Source: Macrostomum lignano
Taxonomy: Eukaryota
Direction of reading: 5' to 3'
NCBI GenBank assembly: GCA_002269645.1
Contig: NIVC01000461.1
Span: 372,001 to 436,000, forward strand
Length of the DNA stretch: 64,000 nt
The notes beneath the pieces were generated by a model that did no database searches, had not been told where the DNA came from, and worked only from the letters and a program-made list of their open reading frames with translations. The translations under genes were made by a program, and so were the position numbers. Of the stretch, positions 26,601 through 39,348 are shown piece by piece; within the stretch, counting starts at the first letter, position 1, and each line of letters opens with the position of its first letter.

Positions 26601-29600
26601 TCTATGGTAGCTATTCCCACCAATGTCTATGGTAGCTATTCCCATCATGTCTATGGTAGCTATTCCCATCATGTCTATGGTAGCTATTCCCATCATGTCT
26701 ATGGTAGCTATTCCCATCATGTCTATGGTAGCTATTCCCACCATGTCTATGGTAGCTATTCCCATCATGTCTATGGTAGCTATTCCCATCATGTCTATGG
26801 TAGCTATTCCCATCATGTCTATGGTAGCTATTCCCACCGTGTCTATGGTAGCTATTCCCACCATGTCTATGGTAGCTGTTCCCATCATGTCTATCGTAGC
26901 TATTCCCACCATGTCTATGGTAGCTATTCCCATGCTGTCTATGGTAGCGATTCCCAAGCTGTCTATGGTAGCTATTCCCATGCTGTCTATTGTAGCTATT
27001 CTCATTCTGTCTATGGTAGCTATTACCATGCTGTCTATGGTAGCTATTCCCATGCTGTCTATGGTAGCTATTCCCATGCTGTCTATGGTAGCTATTCCCA
27101 TGCTGTCTATGGTAGCTATTCCCATGCTGTCTATGGTAGCTATTTCCATGCTGTCTATGGTAGCTATTCCCATCATGTCTATGGTAGCTATTCCCATGCT
27201 GTCTATGGTAGCGATTCCCAAGCTGTCTATGGTAGCTATTCCCATCATGTCTATGGTAGCTATTCCCATACTATCTAAGGTAGCTATTCTCACCCTATCC
27301 GACACTATTCCCGAACTAGCTCGAGCTCTTACCGAAGTAGCTGAAAGCCAACAGTTCGCCGCTGTCGCCCATATCGTCAGGGCCCATGCCGGCTCGCAGC
27401 GCTCGCATTCGTCGGGGATTGCGAAAGAATCCGCGCCTGGCGCCCATGGCGCTTAACTGTTTCATGCGGCGCTCTTTGCTGCGCCGGTTTTGAAACCAAA
27501 CCTGTGGCGAAAATACATGTAATAAATTACAAAACTCAGTTGCGAATTTATAGAGCTATCACCCATACTAAATGGTGTGTGTGTGTGTGTGCGTGTGTGT
27601 GTTGGTGTGTGTGGTACAACACACACACTGGGAGAGGTCACCAGCCCGTGTCATATTTCGGAGCCCTCAAGTGGACCCTCCTCAACCATACTTAAGCGCG
27701 ACTCGCCTAGATGGTAGCGGGTATTGGTCTCAGACCCTGCATGAGGACCCCCCAGGATTTAGGGAAGAGAGGAAGAGATAGGAAGAGAGTGAAAGCAGTC
27801 TTGAGCAGCTGGACTGGACAGGCGCTGTCGTCGGCACTCCCGTGTGACAGGCTGGGGGGGTGCTGTTTGTCGAGGACTTGGCACACTCACCGCGGGAAGG
27901 CAGGACAAGACAACGCGGATAGAGCGAGAGGGGAGAGGTGGAGAATAAATCTGACATCCTGCAGCCTCTCTCGTCTCCATCTTGCAGGGCTCAGCGTCCC
28001 TAGGAATTCCGGGGTAATTTCCGAGCTAAACGCTGCCGCCAGTCTCCCCCTCCCCGACCCGTTTTTTCTTTGTTAAATTTAACCGGAACAAATTTTTTGA
28101 ATGGAAAAGGAAATGGAAAATTTGGAATAATAATAGTCGAATTGAAGGAAACCGCTCTTGACCCCCTGGACTTAGAAATTTCCCCTATAGTCCCGTTCCT
28201 GATGCAGCTTCCAGCGTTGAAAAACCTGCAGTGGGGAGACTTTCCCCCCGGTTCCTTCCGCTCTTCTCTCTCTCTCTCTCTCTCTGCTCAGCGGGACCGC
28301 CTCTCGAGGCTGCCCGAGTTCAGCCCGAGGGGAGGTGCCGCATCAGCGACTCATCTATAAGCTCCTGCCGCTGTCGGTGGCTCCCACACCTCTGGCCGGC
28401 TTCTCAACCTCGCGACTCCCTGGGAATCCCCTGGGAGACGAGAGAGAGCGGGGGAGAACTACAGTTAGAGCCTTGATATCTTCGGCAAAACTTGAGAGCG
28501 CTGCTACTTCCTCGCCAGGCCTGTCTGAAGGTTCGTCACCTCCCGCCTCAGCAGATGCAAGCTCGTATACAATATAGATATTTGAGCACACAGCTGGCTA
28601 GACTCATTCCCTACCTGGATGACGCGCATGTTCAGCCCGGTCTCCTGGGCGAGCTGCTCCCGGATGTGTCGTGTCGGCTTTGGCGTAGCCGCGAAGGCCG
28701 CTTTGAGCGTCTCCAGCTGCTTGGCTTTGATGGTCGTGCGCGGCCCGCGCCGCTTGCTGCCAGCCGCCTGCGGGCCGCCGCCTCCGCCGCCGCTGCCGCC
28801 GCCGCCACCGCCAGCGCCGCCGTTGCAGCCGCCGCTGCCGAGTTTTCCATCCCCGATGCCGTCGCCGGCGGAGCCCTGCGTGGATTCGTCGCCGGAGGCT
28901 GCCTCATCGTCGTCGCCAACGTCGTCGTCGTCCTCGCCGGACGCCTTCGGATCGACGAGATCGTCGAGGTTCAGGTCCAGCTCGCTCTCCTTGCTGCTGT
29001 AGTTGCCACCGAGGCCGCCGCCGCCGCCACCGACTCCGCTCATGCCGACGAGGCCGAAGCCGCTGTTGGCTCCAGCGACTGCCGCGGCTGCGGAAGCGAC
29101 GGCGGCAGCTGCGGCGGCAGCGGCAGACGAGGAGGCCACCGCGCAGCCGTCCAGTCCATCGCAAGGCTCCGAGGAGTTGGGCGATGGCACGCCGACCGAG
29201 CTGGCCGAGTTATTGTTGTTGCTAAGCAGCTCCTCCTTTGGGCTGGTGGAGGCGGCGGCGGCGGCTGCCATTGAGGACAGTGCGGGAGAGCCGCCGACCA
29301 CAGCGGGCAGACAGGCGGGATCGAATGCCGCCTCATCGGAGTCTGGCAGCGGAAGGAAATTGGGATTGAGGCTTGCAAAAATGAACGGGATTGTTTCAGT
29401 GCTGCTTGTTGCATTTCCTGCACCTTCGGAAAGAAAATCAGAGCAGCAATCTGGCTACAGGAAGAAGCCGCTTGCTCGGCCTCATTAGCTCATTAGCATA
29501 TTCATGAGAGAGATTTAACGGCTCCTGCCTTTTGCCGATACAGTTCGCCTTCTCTCTCCTCCCCCCCTGTTTTAAGGTCGATTTTTTGCTGTCACCGTAA

Positions 29601-32600
29601 TGCGCCCGACCTCATTAGCATAATGCACGGGCCTCATTTGCCTGTTTTGAGTCGGGAAAATCTGCAACCAAGAATCGAAATTCCGCGCACCGCCTGTCAA
29701 AGGCGCTCGCATATGAAATTCAATAATGCAAGTTTTTTTTCACTCGCACTAACCCCGGGCCCTATAGAGCCAGCATAGCAACTAAAACTGCGGTGATGCA
29801 ATTGCGTTAGAAACCAGTCGGCTGCTTCAAACCTCTTGAATTATTATACAATCTGGAGAGCTATAATGCGGTAACAAACTTTACTCTACGGCAGGCATGC
29901 CAGCTATGGGAATCTGGCGGCTGCTCTCTGCAGGTGATGCGCGGGAGAGATAGGAGGCAAGGGACAAGAGAGATAAACAGAGAGAGAGAGAGGTAGAGAG
30001 AGAGAGAGAGAGAGTCTCCTGAAAACCCAGAGGCTCCCGCGGGCCACCCGGAACGGGAGCAGCAGCAGCCGCAGATTGAGAATCAAGCGGACACACACAC
30101 GCACACACACACACACTAATCTCGCCAAGCCAGACCCCTCACCTCGATACCCTAAGCTATACATGGGAAATCGATGCTCAAAGTGTGAGCTTCTGTCTGC
30201 GACTGGACCCTTCAATCTCTCCCTCTCTCTCCTCACTCTCTCTCTCTCGCGCGCGCTGCAGCTCAATCGTTATCGGACCGGGACCAGAGTTTCCCACCCC
30301 AGCTGGTTGGCCACGGCATGCGGTATATATTATCTTTAGCTAAGGGAAATTTCTGCCTTTTGGTTGGAAGCGCGCGTGTGCACGGTTGGACTGGCCCTGA
30401 CTTGCTCGGCAACCCGGGCCCCGAGGCCCAGCAGCTGGTCCAGGCCGACTGCTCGCGCTTCAGTCGCCAATTATCGTTGTTGGTGCAACCTGCAATCTAA
30501 AACTATAGGGATGAAGGAGTAGAGAGGGAAAGGGGAAGAGGGCAACACAGATTTTCTTCTCGACTTGCTCCTGTCGGCGCGTTGCCAGAGCCTCGACATG
30601 CGCACACTTTCCCTATATTTATTGGACGTCAAGATCTGTCATCGCAACACTTGACTTGACAACCGTCTGGAGGGAGATGCCGGATTGATATGGCGAAGTG
30701 ACGTCAGCTGAAATATTTAGACGGCCAAGAAACCAATGGGTCCGAAGCTTAGCAAAACTAATTAGAATTAATCTGCAGGCAAGGCAAAAGCGCAGTGTGG
30801 CAGCCGAATCGACTTTACGGCTCGTACTATAAAGAAAAGCAGTATGCTACAATCTGCTTTTTTATGCCCCAAGCGAGAGGAGTGCTTGTTACTGTATAGT
30901 TTTCCGCCACCGCTGTGCGCCTTGCAATTTCCTTTTATTCACTGTTTTTCTTCTTCCTTCTTCTAGGAGCAGAGTTTTCTTCTTCAAAAAAAGTTAGAGA
31001 AGTCGCGCGACTCGCGGGCCTGAGACTCCAGTCATTTATGATCTCTCACGGGTTGGAATGAAAGCAGCTAAGGTAATTAATTCCATCACCTGCTGCTGGT
31101 CATAAATACATGAAAGTGAAAGCTGATACAGCCGCCCCGCCTCCTGTCGCACTCCCCTCTGCCTCTGCCTACTGTTAGAATCCAGAAACACAGCGGCAAA
31201 GGCGACACTAAATAAAACTGAGCGGCTCCTCCCATTTCAGTCGATCGCGTGGCACACAGCAAGTGGCGACTAAACTGGATTTTAAACTGGATGCTTGACT
31301 TTGGGAAAATTTTAGAAAAGGTCATTTTTAGGATATAGGACTGGTAGTTGGTAATGCTATTAGTCCCTAGATAGGTCTGTTGAGTTGTCTCTCGGTACCT
31401 CTCCAGATCTTTCTGTAGATGCTTGGATTTCTATCTAGATATTTCTCTAGACATATCGCAAGTCCTTTATCTATATCTATAGATGTCTAACTAGATCTCT
31501 ATATATTTACCTAGGTATCTAGATGTCTGTCTACCTATATGTCAAGATGTCTACCATATCTCTAGTTGCCTACCTACATCTCTAGATGCGTACCTAGGTG
31601 TCTAGATGTACCTACACGGAATACCTCTAAATTTCTAGCCAGCTCTTTTAGAGGACTACCTATATATCTAGATGTGTACCTAGATCTCTGGATATCTACC
31701 TATATCTCTTTCTCTAGATTTCTACTCAGATCTTTTATATGATTTGTTATGAGTACCTATGTCTCTAAGTGTGTAGATATTTCACTAGATATCGCCCTAG
31801 AGTTCTTCTAGATCTCCAAAACTTTATAAATCGACAACAAAAGTTACACTAGTTCGAAAAACGCCTCAAAGAGAAGGTTATGAGGAATTATCTGGGCTGC
31901 GAACAGTGGAGCAGACGGGCGGCACATCAGGCTTTCATGTCAGGCCGTCCCTTCTGCCTTCCCAATCCATCATGCCTCTATGAAACACAGGGAGAAAGGG
32001 GGGCTTCGGGACAAAGTCTATAGCGAGGGGGTTGGGGATTTTCGGGAAGCGACACTATATAGCTGCTAGCGCGCATACGCTAGCTGACACCTGGAGATAA
32101 GGAGGAATAAGGCGGGCAGGGCTTTATGCTGTAGAGGACAAAGTCACTCTTGGCGATAGGGAGGGGGGGTGGCCCGTTAGTTGGTGGTGGTCGCCCAGTT
32201 CCCCTCATATTTCATTTTTTATCGCTTTCTAGAAGACGGAGCGAGCGAATAGCGGCTTCTGGCTTTCTTTTTGACTTGGATTTCTTGGCCGCTTGTGTCT
32301 TTAATAGCGCGCGCGACACCATTGGCGTTAATAGCCGCGGGTCCAGCCCTGTTCTCTGCTTGTCAGCTCGCGGACGACCAAATATTTGACTTGGCAGTAA
32401 ATGCCGCAAATCGGGACTGCATTCCAAATCTTTGTCATTCTTTTTGTATAAATGTCCTATGAATAAAGACAGAAACCATAGTTCTTGCGGCAATATCAGT
32501 TCGCGCTTATCGACATCTCCATCGTCCCCTCCTGTCCGTGTATTCTTCCCAATCTTGTCTGTGTATTCTTCCCATCCTGTCCGTGTATTCTTCCCCTCCT

Positions 32601-35600
32601 GTAAGTGTATTCCTCTTCTCCTGTAAGTGTATTCTTCTCAATCTTGTCCGTGTATTCTTCCCATCCTGTCCGTGTATTCTTCCCCTCCTGTAAGTGTATT
32701 CCTCCCCTCCTGTAAGTGTATTCTTCCCCTTCCTGTTCGTGTATTCTTCCCATCCTGTCTGCGTATTCTTCCCATCCTGTCTGCGTATTCTTCCCATCCT
32801 GTCTGCGTATTCTTCCCATCCTGTCTGCGTATTCTTCCCATCCTGTCTGCGTATTCTTCCCATCCTGTCCGTGTATTCTTCCCATCCTGTCCGTGTATTC
32901 TTCCCATCCTGTCCGTGTGTTCTTCCCATCCTGTCTGCGTATTCTTCCCATCCTGTCCGTGTATTCTTCCCATCCTGTCCGTGTGTTCTTCCCATCCTGT
33001 CCGTGTATTCTTCCCATCCTGTCCGTGTATTCTTCCCATCCTGTCCGTGTATTCTTCCCATCCTGTCCGTGTATTCTTCCCATCCTGTCCGTGTATTCTT
33101 CCCATCCTGTCCGTGTATTCTTCCCATCCTGTCCGTGTATTCTTCCCATCCTGTCCGTGTATTCTTCCCATCCTGTCCGTGTATTCTTCCCATCCTGTCC
33201 GTGTATTCTTCCCATCCTGTCCGTGTATTCTTCCCATCCTGTCCGTGTATTCTTCCCATCCTGTCCGTGTATTCTTCCCATCCTGTCCGTGTATCCCTTC
33301 TCCCATTGTATTGATATTCCATCTCTTCAATATCAATCCGAGACACAATAGGCTGTCACGTGGCCAAAGCAGGCAGGCACTCATGAAGGCCAGCAAGAAA
33401 AATAAGAAGCAGAAGAAGAAGCAGAAGAGTTTTCTTTCCCAATTTTATTGAGCGAACTGGTGGGAGGAGCAGCTCAAGCCCAAGCAGAAGAAAGCAAATC
33501 TGCTCTGCTCCTAAAAGCTCTCAAGGCTTGTCATGCGCTTTTTAGCTCTTATATTAAGCATAAGACTCATTAGAAATTTATATAGTAAAAACAATTTGTC
33601 TCAGCCTATGCAACTTCTCTGCACTTCAGTTCCGCGTACTACACTTACCTGGGCACATAGCAATGTAATCTGCAGGCTATATAGCTTAATGTAACTTGTT
33701 TCATGCAAAACATTTGAATAGGTTGCGCAAATTTTAGGCCAACTGAAGACAGAAAAACGCCCCCAGGCTCTGTTCTGCATATCCCAGAATCCCTCGCCTC
33801 ATCCTATTGTTTTTCCTTTCTTTTCCTTTTTTGGCTCTAAATTAGGAAAAGTCAGTCAAGCATTGAAATTGCCTGTGTGTGTGTGTGTGTTGTTTATTCC
33901 TCAATGGTTTTTGCCTAAATAGTTTCTCAAGCAGAAATTTTCAGCGCCTGCAAAAGCATACTGTGAAATGGATAAAAATTGAATATAGAATAAGAAATTA
34001 CTGCTCATATCTGTCTGCATGCACTGTGTGTGGCCTGCATGCTTCTATACTCAAAATCCTTAGAAGACTTAAGGCTCAGCAGGGTGCATGAAGTCACAGC
34101 CAGCGCAGCACTGTGCAGACTCGCATATAAAGCACTCAGCCTGCCTGCAGCATACGCACAAAAAGAGCAACTGCCGAGTAACAGAAGAAAAGAAAAAAGT
34201 GTCAGTTTTGCGTTTCTTCATCTTTTCTCTGTCTATAATACTCGTGCCTCAACCGCTGGCTCATACTTGAGCACGTCCCTCTGACAGAGAATAAGATACA
34301 GATTTCAGAGACTGTCTGCTATATGCATCGCGATGGGACACTATATAGCACTGTCAGCTGCAAAATATATTAAGTCTGACGGGCCATTTCAGGTGTGAAG
34401 AGAACTGCCTGTCTGCCATGCAGTAACTTAGAAAGTGAAGCTCAGCAGGGGGTTTCGGTGGCTGCTGCCAGGCCACTTAGAGGGTCCCTGGTCGGGTCTC
34501 AGCAGTTTCTATATATCTACTCGTATCTTCGTATCCCTTCTCACCCACTCTCACTCGCCTATATGATCGTCTCATCCAGCCATCTGTCCATGAATGCATC
34601 CAAGCGGCTATGCTCTACGCACTTGCATCTATTTATCAACGACAAGTTCTCCTAGCAGAAGTGACGTCACATCTCCGGGTAGGGGGGGACGGGGTTCCTG
34701 CTCGACAACATGGCGGCAACAGCTCACTCTCAAGTCTAATTTTAATCTCGCGATCTCCTCCCGTGCGTAAACTGACAGACTGGGCGGTGGTGAGTGCAAA
34801 TTTGCATAAATTTAGCATCGAACAGCATCGATATTCGAGTAGCCATGGTCGGGGACCATTTTTGTTGTTTGGGCGGGTTTAAAAAATAAATTTAGATTAC
34901 TAACAGATCGGAACGAATTTCCATCAGATAAGGGGCGGATTCCCATCAGATGAGGGGCGGATTTCCACCATTTCAGAGGCGGTTTTGCAGCAGATGAAGG
35001 GCGGATTCCCATCAGATGACGGGCGGATTTTCATTAGATAAGGGGCGGATTTCCATCAGATGAGGGGCGGATTTCCATCAGATGAGGGGCGGATTTCCAT
35101 CAAATGAGGGGCGGATTTCCATCAGATGAGGGGCGGATTTCCATCAAATGAGGGGCGGATTTCCATCAGATAAGTTCCATCAGATGAGGGGCGGATTTCC
35201 ATCAGATAAGTTCCATCAGATGAGGGGCGGATTTCCATCAGATGAGGGGCCGATTTCCATCAGATAAGTTCCATCAGATGAGGGGCGGATTTCCATCAAA
35301 TGAGGGGCGGATTTCCATCAGATGAGGGACGGATTTCCATCAGATAAGTTCCATCAGATGAGGGGCCGATTTCCATCAGATGAGGGGCGGATTTCCATCA
35401 GATGAGGGGCGGATTTCCATCAGATGAAGGGCGGATTTCCATCAGATGAGGGACGGATTTCCATCAGATGAGGAGCGGATTTCCATCAGATGAGGGGCGG
35501 ATTTCCATCAGACAATGGGCGGATTTCGGGCAGTTAAATTATGGAGTCAATGCAGACCCAATCCAAAGCTCACCAGTCCTGCCTCCTCGGCCAGTTTTGT

Positions 35601-36677
35601 GCGCCATCTGCTGGTGATGAAGCTGCCCAGCCGCTGCCTGCTGCTGCTGCAGGAAGTCCTGCCTGAGCATGGGGCCGCACCTGCTGCTGACGTAGTCCTG
35701 CTTGCAGACAAATTTGTTCTCGTCAAATACGACCAGCTCCTCGCCCGTGATGAGCTGCTTTCGGCACACCATGCAGGTGAAGCAGCCCAGGTGGAACACT
35801 TTGTTGCGCGCCTTTCGAACCAGATCGTTCGGCGAAATGCCCTCCGAGCAACCGGCGCATTTTGTGCCAAATCGCCTGCGAGGGAAGGCGAGGAATGAGG
35901 GGGGGGGGGTAAATGAGACTGGGCGTGTGCTCCTGGCTTTGATGAGTTGAAGTTTTGTAAAAGATAAGATAAGGATAAACTGAACGAAAAGAGTTTAAAA
36001 GAAGAAGAGAGGAAGCGAGAATTAGGGAGAGAAGAGAGGCAGAGAGGAGAGAGTAGATTAGAAGTAGAGACTCGAAAGGTATAGAAGTAGAGAGGTGAGG
36101 TAGAGAGGTGAGGTAGAGAGGTGAGGTAGAGAAGTGAGGTAGAGAGGTGAGGTAGAGAAGTGAGGTAGAGAGGTAGAGAGGTAGAGGTAGAGGTAGAGAG
36201 AGGTAGAGAGAGGTAGAGAGGTAGAGAGGTAGAAGTAGAGATGTAGAGAGGTAGAGGTAGAGAGGTAGAGAGGAGAGAGGAGGGAGGAGAGAGGCAAGCA
36301 AAGGAAAGATAAAGAGAACACAGGTAGACAGAAGAGACTCGAGACAGACGGACAGACAGAAGTAGAGAGAGGCAGAGAGAGGGTAGAGGGAGATGCAGTT
36401 GCAGACATATACAAGAAAGCACAAGGGGAGAATGCCCAAGCCTCGAGTGTTGGAGTGGAAAGCAGAAGAACTGAAACACGGGTCTCAAACGCAAGCTCAG
36501 TGCTGACCTGAAGAAGTCGGCTCGGCAGTAGAGGCGGCCATCTCTGCTGAAGCATTTGTCGCTGAGCTCCTGACCGCAGTCGCTGCACTGCAGGCAGGCC
36601 GCGTGCCAGGACTGGTCCAGCACGCTCAGCAGGTACTGGTCGAATATCTGCCGGTTGCACCCGGCACAGATCACCAT
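23685..36677 (-). CDS. lhx1/5: LIM-homeobox transcription factor Lhx1/5 (Lim1)
   Basis: Exons (minus strand): 36677-36508 (LIM1, [17 protein letters not shown]...YCRADFF), 35875-35574 (LIM2, RFGTKCAGC...CKQDY), 29342-28615 (acceptor ambiguous; homeodomain [47 protein letters not shown]), 27501-27333 ([23 protein letters not shown]), 26221-26087 and 23950-23685 (...ATESW*). All boundaries are GT-AG with consistent phases; 1770 nt = 589 aa. The homeodomain and the following RMKQLSA motif are diagnostic of Lhx1/5 (from family knowledge). Confidence 0.95.
26245..27300. repeat. 24-bp minisatellite filling Lhx1/5 intron 4
   Basis: Unit gtctatggtagctattcccatgct; it occupies almost all of intron 26222-27332. 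Confidence 0.95.
32525..33296. repeat. 22-bp minisatellite (cccatcctgtccgtgtattctt)n in Lhx1/5 intron 2
   Basis: Directly visible. Confidence 0.95.
34915..35527. repeat. 22-bp GC-box-containing minisatellite (gatgaggggcggatttccatca)n in Lhx1/5 intron 2
   Basis: Directly visible; it starts about 45 bp past the exon-2 donor. Confidence 0.95.
36060..36385. repeat. Purine-rich simple repeat (gaggtagag-like) in Lhx1/5 intron 1
   Basis: Low-complexity A/G tract with periodic T. Confidence 0.85.
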
Positions 36678-37149
36678 GGCTTTGCTGGTTGCTATGCTGG
36701 CGGTGTTAGCTTGGAAGCCAGGCGGATAACTTTCCCTTTTCTTATAAGCTCGTGCGAAGCACTTGCGTCTCTAATTCTGTCTCAACTCTCTGACTCTCTG
36801 CCCCTCTGCCAGGCGTTTTTAGAGTTGGCCCAAGCCCGGGAAAGCCTTGAGTGGCCGGAGCTGAGGGCCACTATGGGGCCAAATATTGCTTGCACTGGAC
36901 TGGGCCGGTCGCTTCATTGGCGGGCGCGGGCCTGGGAGGCTGGGTTGGCGCTGGCCCGGATTGGCCTGGCCGGAGCTGGGCTTCCCCGCCTCTCGCTCCC
37001 CAGCCAGCCAACTCTATTGCGATTCTTCCCTGGCTGGTGGAACAGCCCCCTCTCAAATGATGCTTAACTGCGATGGGGGGGGGGTGACCCATCTAGGGGA
37101 GATCAAGGTGGTCAAAGACCCCTGCACAGGACAAAACACAAATACAGGC

Positions 37150-38340
37150 GCTTAATTGGCGCTAGAAACCCGTCTAGTGCGCTTAATTGGCGCTCGAAAC
37201 CCGTCTAGTGCGCTTAATTGGCGCTAGAAACCCGTCTAAGGGCGCGCTTAATTGGCGCTAGAAACCCGTCTAAGGGCGCGCTTAATTGGCGCTAGAATCC
37301 CATCTATGGCGCTTAATTGGCGCTAGATTCCCGTCTAGTGCGCTTAATTGGCGCTAGAAACCCGTCTAGGGCGCCTAATTGGCGCTAGAATCCCGTCTAG
37401 GGTGCGCTTAATTGGCGCTAGAATCCCGTCTAGGGCGCGCTTAATTGGCGCTAGGATCCCGTCTAGGGCGCGCTTAATTGGCGCTAGGATCCCGTCTAGG
37501 GTGCGCTTAATTGGCGCTAGAATCCCGTCTAGGGTGCGCTTAATTGGCGCTAGAATCCCGTCTAGGGTGCGCTTGATTGGCGCTAGAATCCCGTCTATGG
37601 CGGCTAATTGGCGCTAGAATCCCGTCTATGGCGCTTAATTGGCGCTAGAATCCCGTCTAAGGCGGCTAATTGGCGCTAGAATCCCGTATAAGGGCGCGCT
37701 TAATTGGCGCTAGAATCCCGTCTATGGCGTTTAATTGGCGCTAGAATCCCGTCTAAGGCGGCTAATTGGCGCTAGAATCCCGTCTAGGGTGCGCTTAATT
37801 GGCGCTAGAATCCCGTCTAGGGCGCGCTTAATTGGCGCTAGGATCCCGTCTAGGGCGCGCTTAATTGGCGCTAGGATCCCGTCTAGGGTGCGCTTAATTG
37901 GCGCTAGGATCCCGTCTAGAGCGTTTAATTGGCGCTAGAATCCCGTCTAGGGTGCGCTTAATTGGCGCTAGAATCCCGTCTAGGGCGCGCTTAATTGGCG
38001 CTAGGATCCCGTCTAGGGCGCCTAATTGGCGCTAGAATCCCGTCTAGGGCGCGCTTAATTGGCGCTAGGATCCCGTCTAGGGCGCGCTTAATTGGCGCTA
38101 GGATCCCGTCTAGGGTGCGCTTAATTGGCGCTAGAATCCCGTCTAACGCGGCTAATTGGCGCTAGAATCCCGTATAAGGGCGCGCTTAATTTGCGCTAGA
38201 ATCCCGTCTAGTGCGCTTAATTGGCGCTAGAATCCCGTCTAGGGCGCGCTTAATTGGCGCTAGAATCCCGTCTATGGCGCCTAATTGGCGCTAGAATCCC
38301 GTCTATGGCGCGCTTAATTGGCGCTAGGATCCCGTCTAGG
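37150..38340. repeat. Approx. 32-34-bp minisatellite with TAATTG and internal palindromes, about 36 copies, upstream of Lhx1/5
   Basis: Unit gcgcgcttaattggcgctagaatcccgtctagg. Confidence 0.95.
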
Positions 38341-39300
38341 CCGCCTGAACATAGATGATCAAAATGAATTGCAGCAAACGAAAGTTACCCCAAATTGAGT
38401 GAGAAGATGCTCCGTCTATCTTTTTATGTATAAAAAATAATGGATTGCAGACTGAACATGAGGAAAATTTGGGATGGGGCAGGCCAGTGTCCTGCAGGTA
38501 AGCGAAGCGAACAAAGAGGCCTCCAGGCATAACTATAAAGTTTATATTTGTCTTTTCAAGCATACACCATAGGTGGTCAATGCGTGGCCTTTTCTGCATA
38601 ATGCAAAGTGAACAAGTTGAGCAATTTTATACGACGCCAGAGACAAATATAATATAATAATGTGATGCTGAAGCAATGCCCGACGACAATATAGACTTGC
38701 AGCCGTCAGAGACTGCATTGTGAGCACTGTGCGTCATGTGAAACCGAAGCACAGGGTGTATACATGTACAAGGTGCAGTGCGATTCAAACGATGCCAAAG
38801 AACTAGTGTCATAAAAACTGGCTGCCCTTAGTAGTTGCTCCAGCCCCTGCACACAGCAGCACTTCTGAGCGGTACCTCTGTTATGCAGTGGCTTCAATAT
38901 ATCATAACCTCGTTTTTAACACAATTGTAGCTGCATAGCTGCCTGCAATATTGACCAATCTTTTCGCTCAATATGAGATTTAAAAAGAGCTCGTATGGCT
39001 ATTGTACTCAGAAACTGCAGCCTCTTTTTATTTGACACCTGAATTTACACCTCAAACCCCTCAAGGTGCAGAGCCTCACAACTGACTGAAGCTCTAGCTC
39101 GTACATGGGTGGTGTTCGAAACATTGGTTAAAATAAACAATGAAAAGTTTGCTGAAAGCGAGAAAACTTACATTTCTACTAACAGTAGAGAAGTTGAGAT
39201 TTTTTCCATTAAAATGGGGTGTACAAGATGCGTATATTTTTTGCCTTTTACCTTACAACTGAAGCCTCAACCAACTCATTACCCTCAACTCATTGCCTTT

Positions 39301-39301
39301 C

Positions 39302-39348
<47 letters not shown>

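Noticed and set aside
26012-27456. Long ORFs of 200-400 aa (MGIATID, YGSYSH repeats)
   Set aside because: These are translations of the 24-bp intron-4 array; only 26087-26221 and 27333-27501 are real Lhx1/5 exons.
28492-29488. Plus-strand ORFs antisense to Lhx1/5 exon 3
   Set aside because: Shadow ORFs of GC-rich coding sequence.
31380-31810. Region dense in CTAG/TCTAGA/AGATCT palindromes
   Set aside because: Looks like a highly decayed simple repeat; no period or boundary could be defined.
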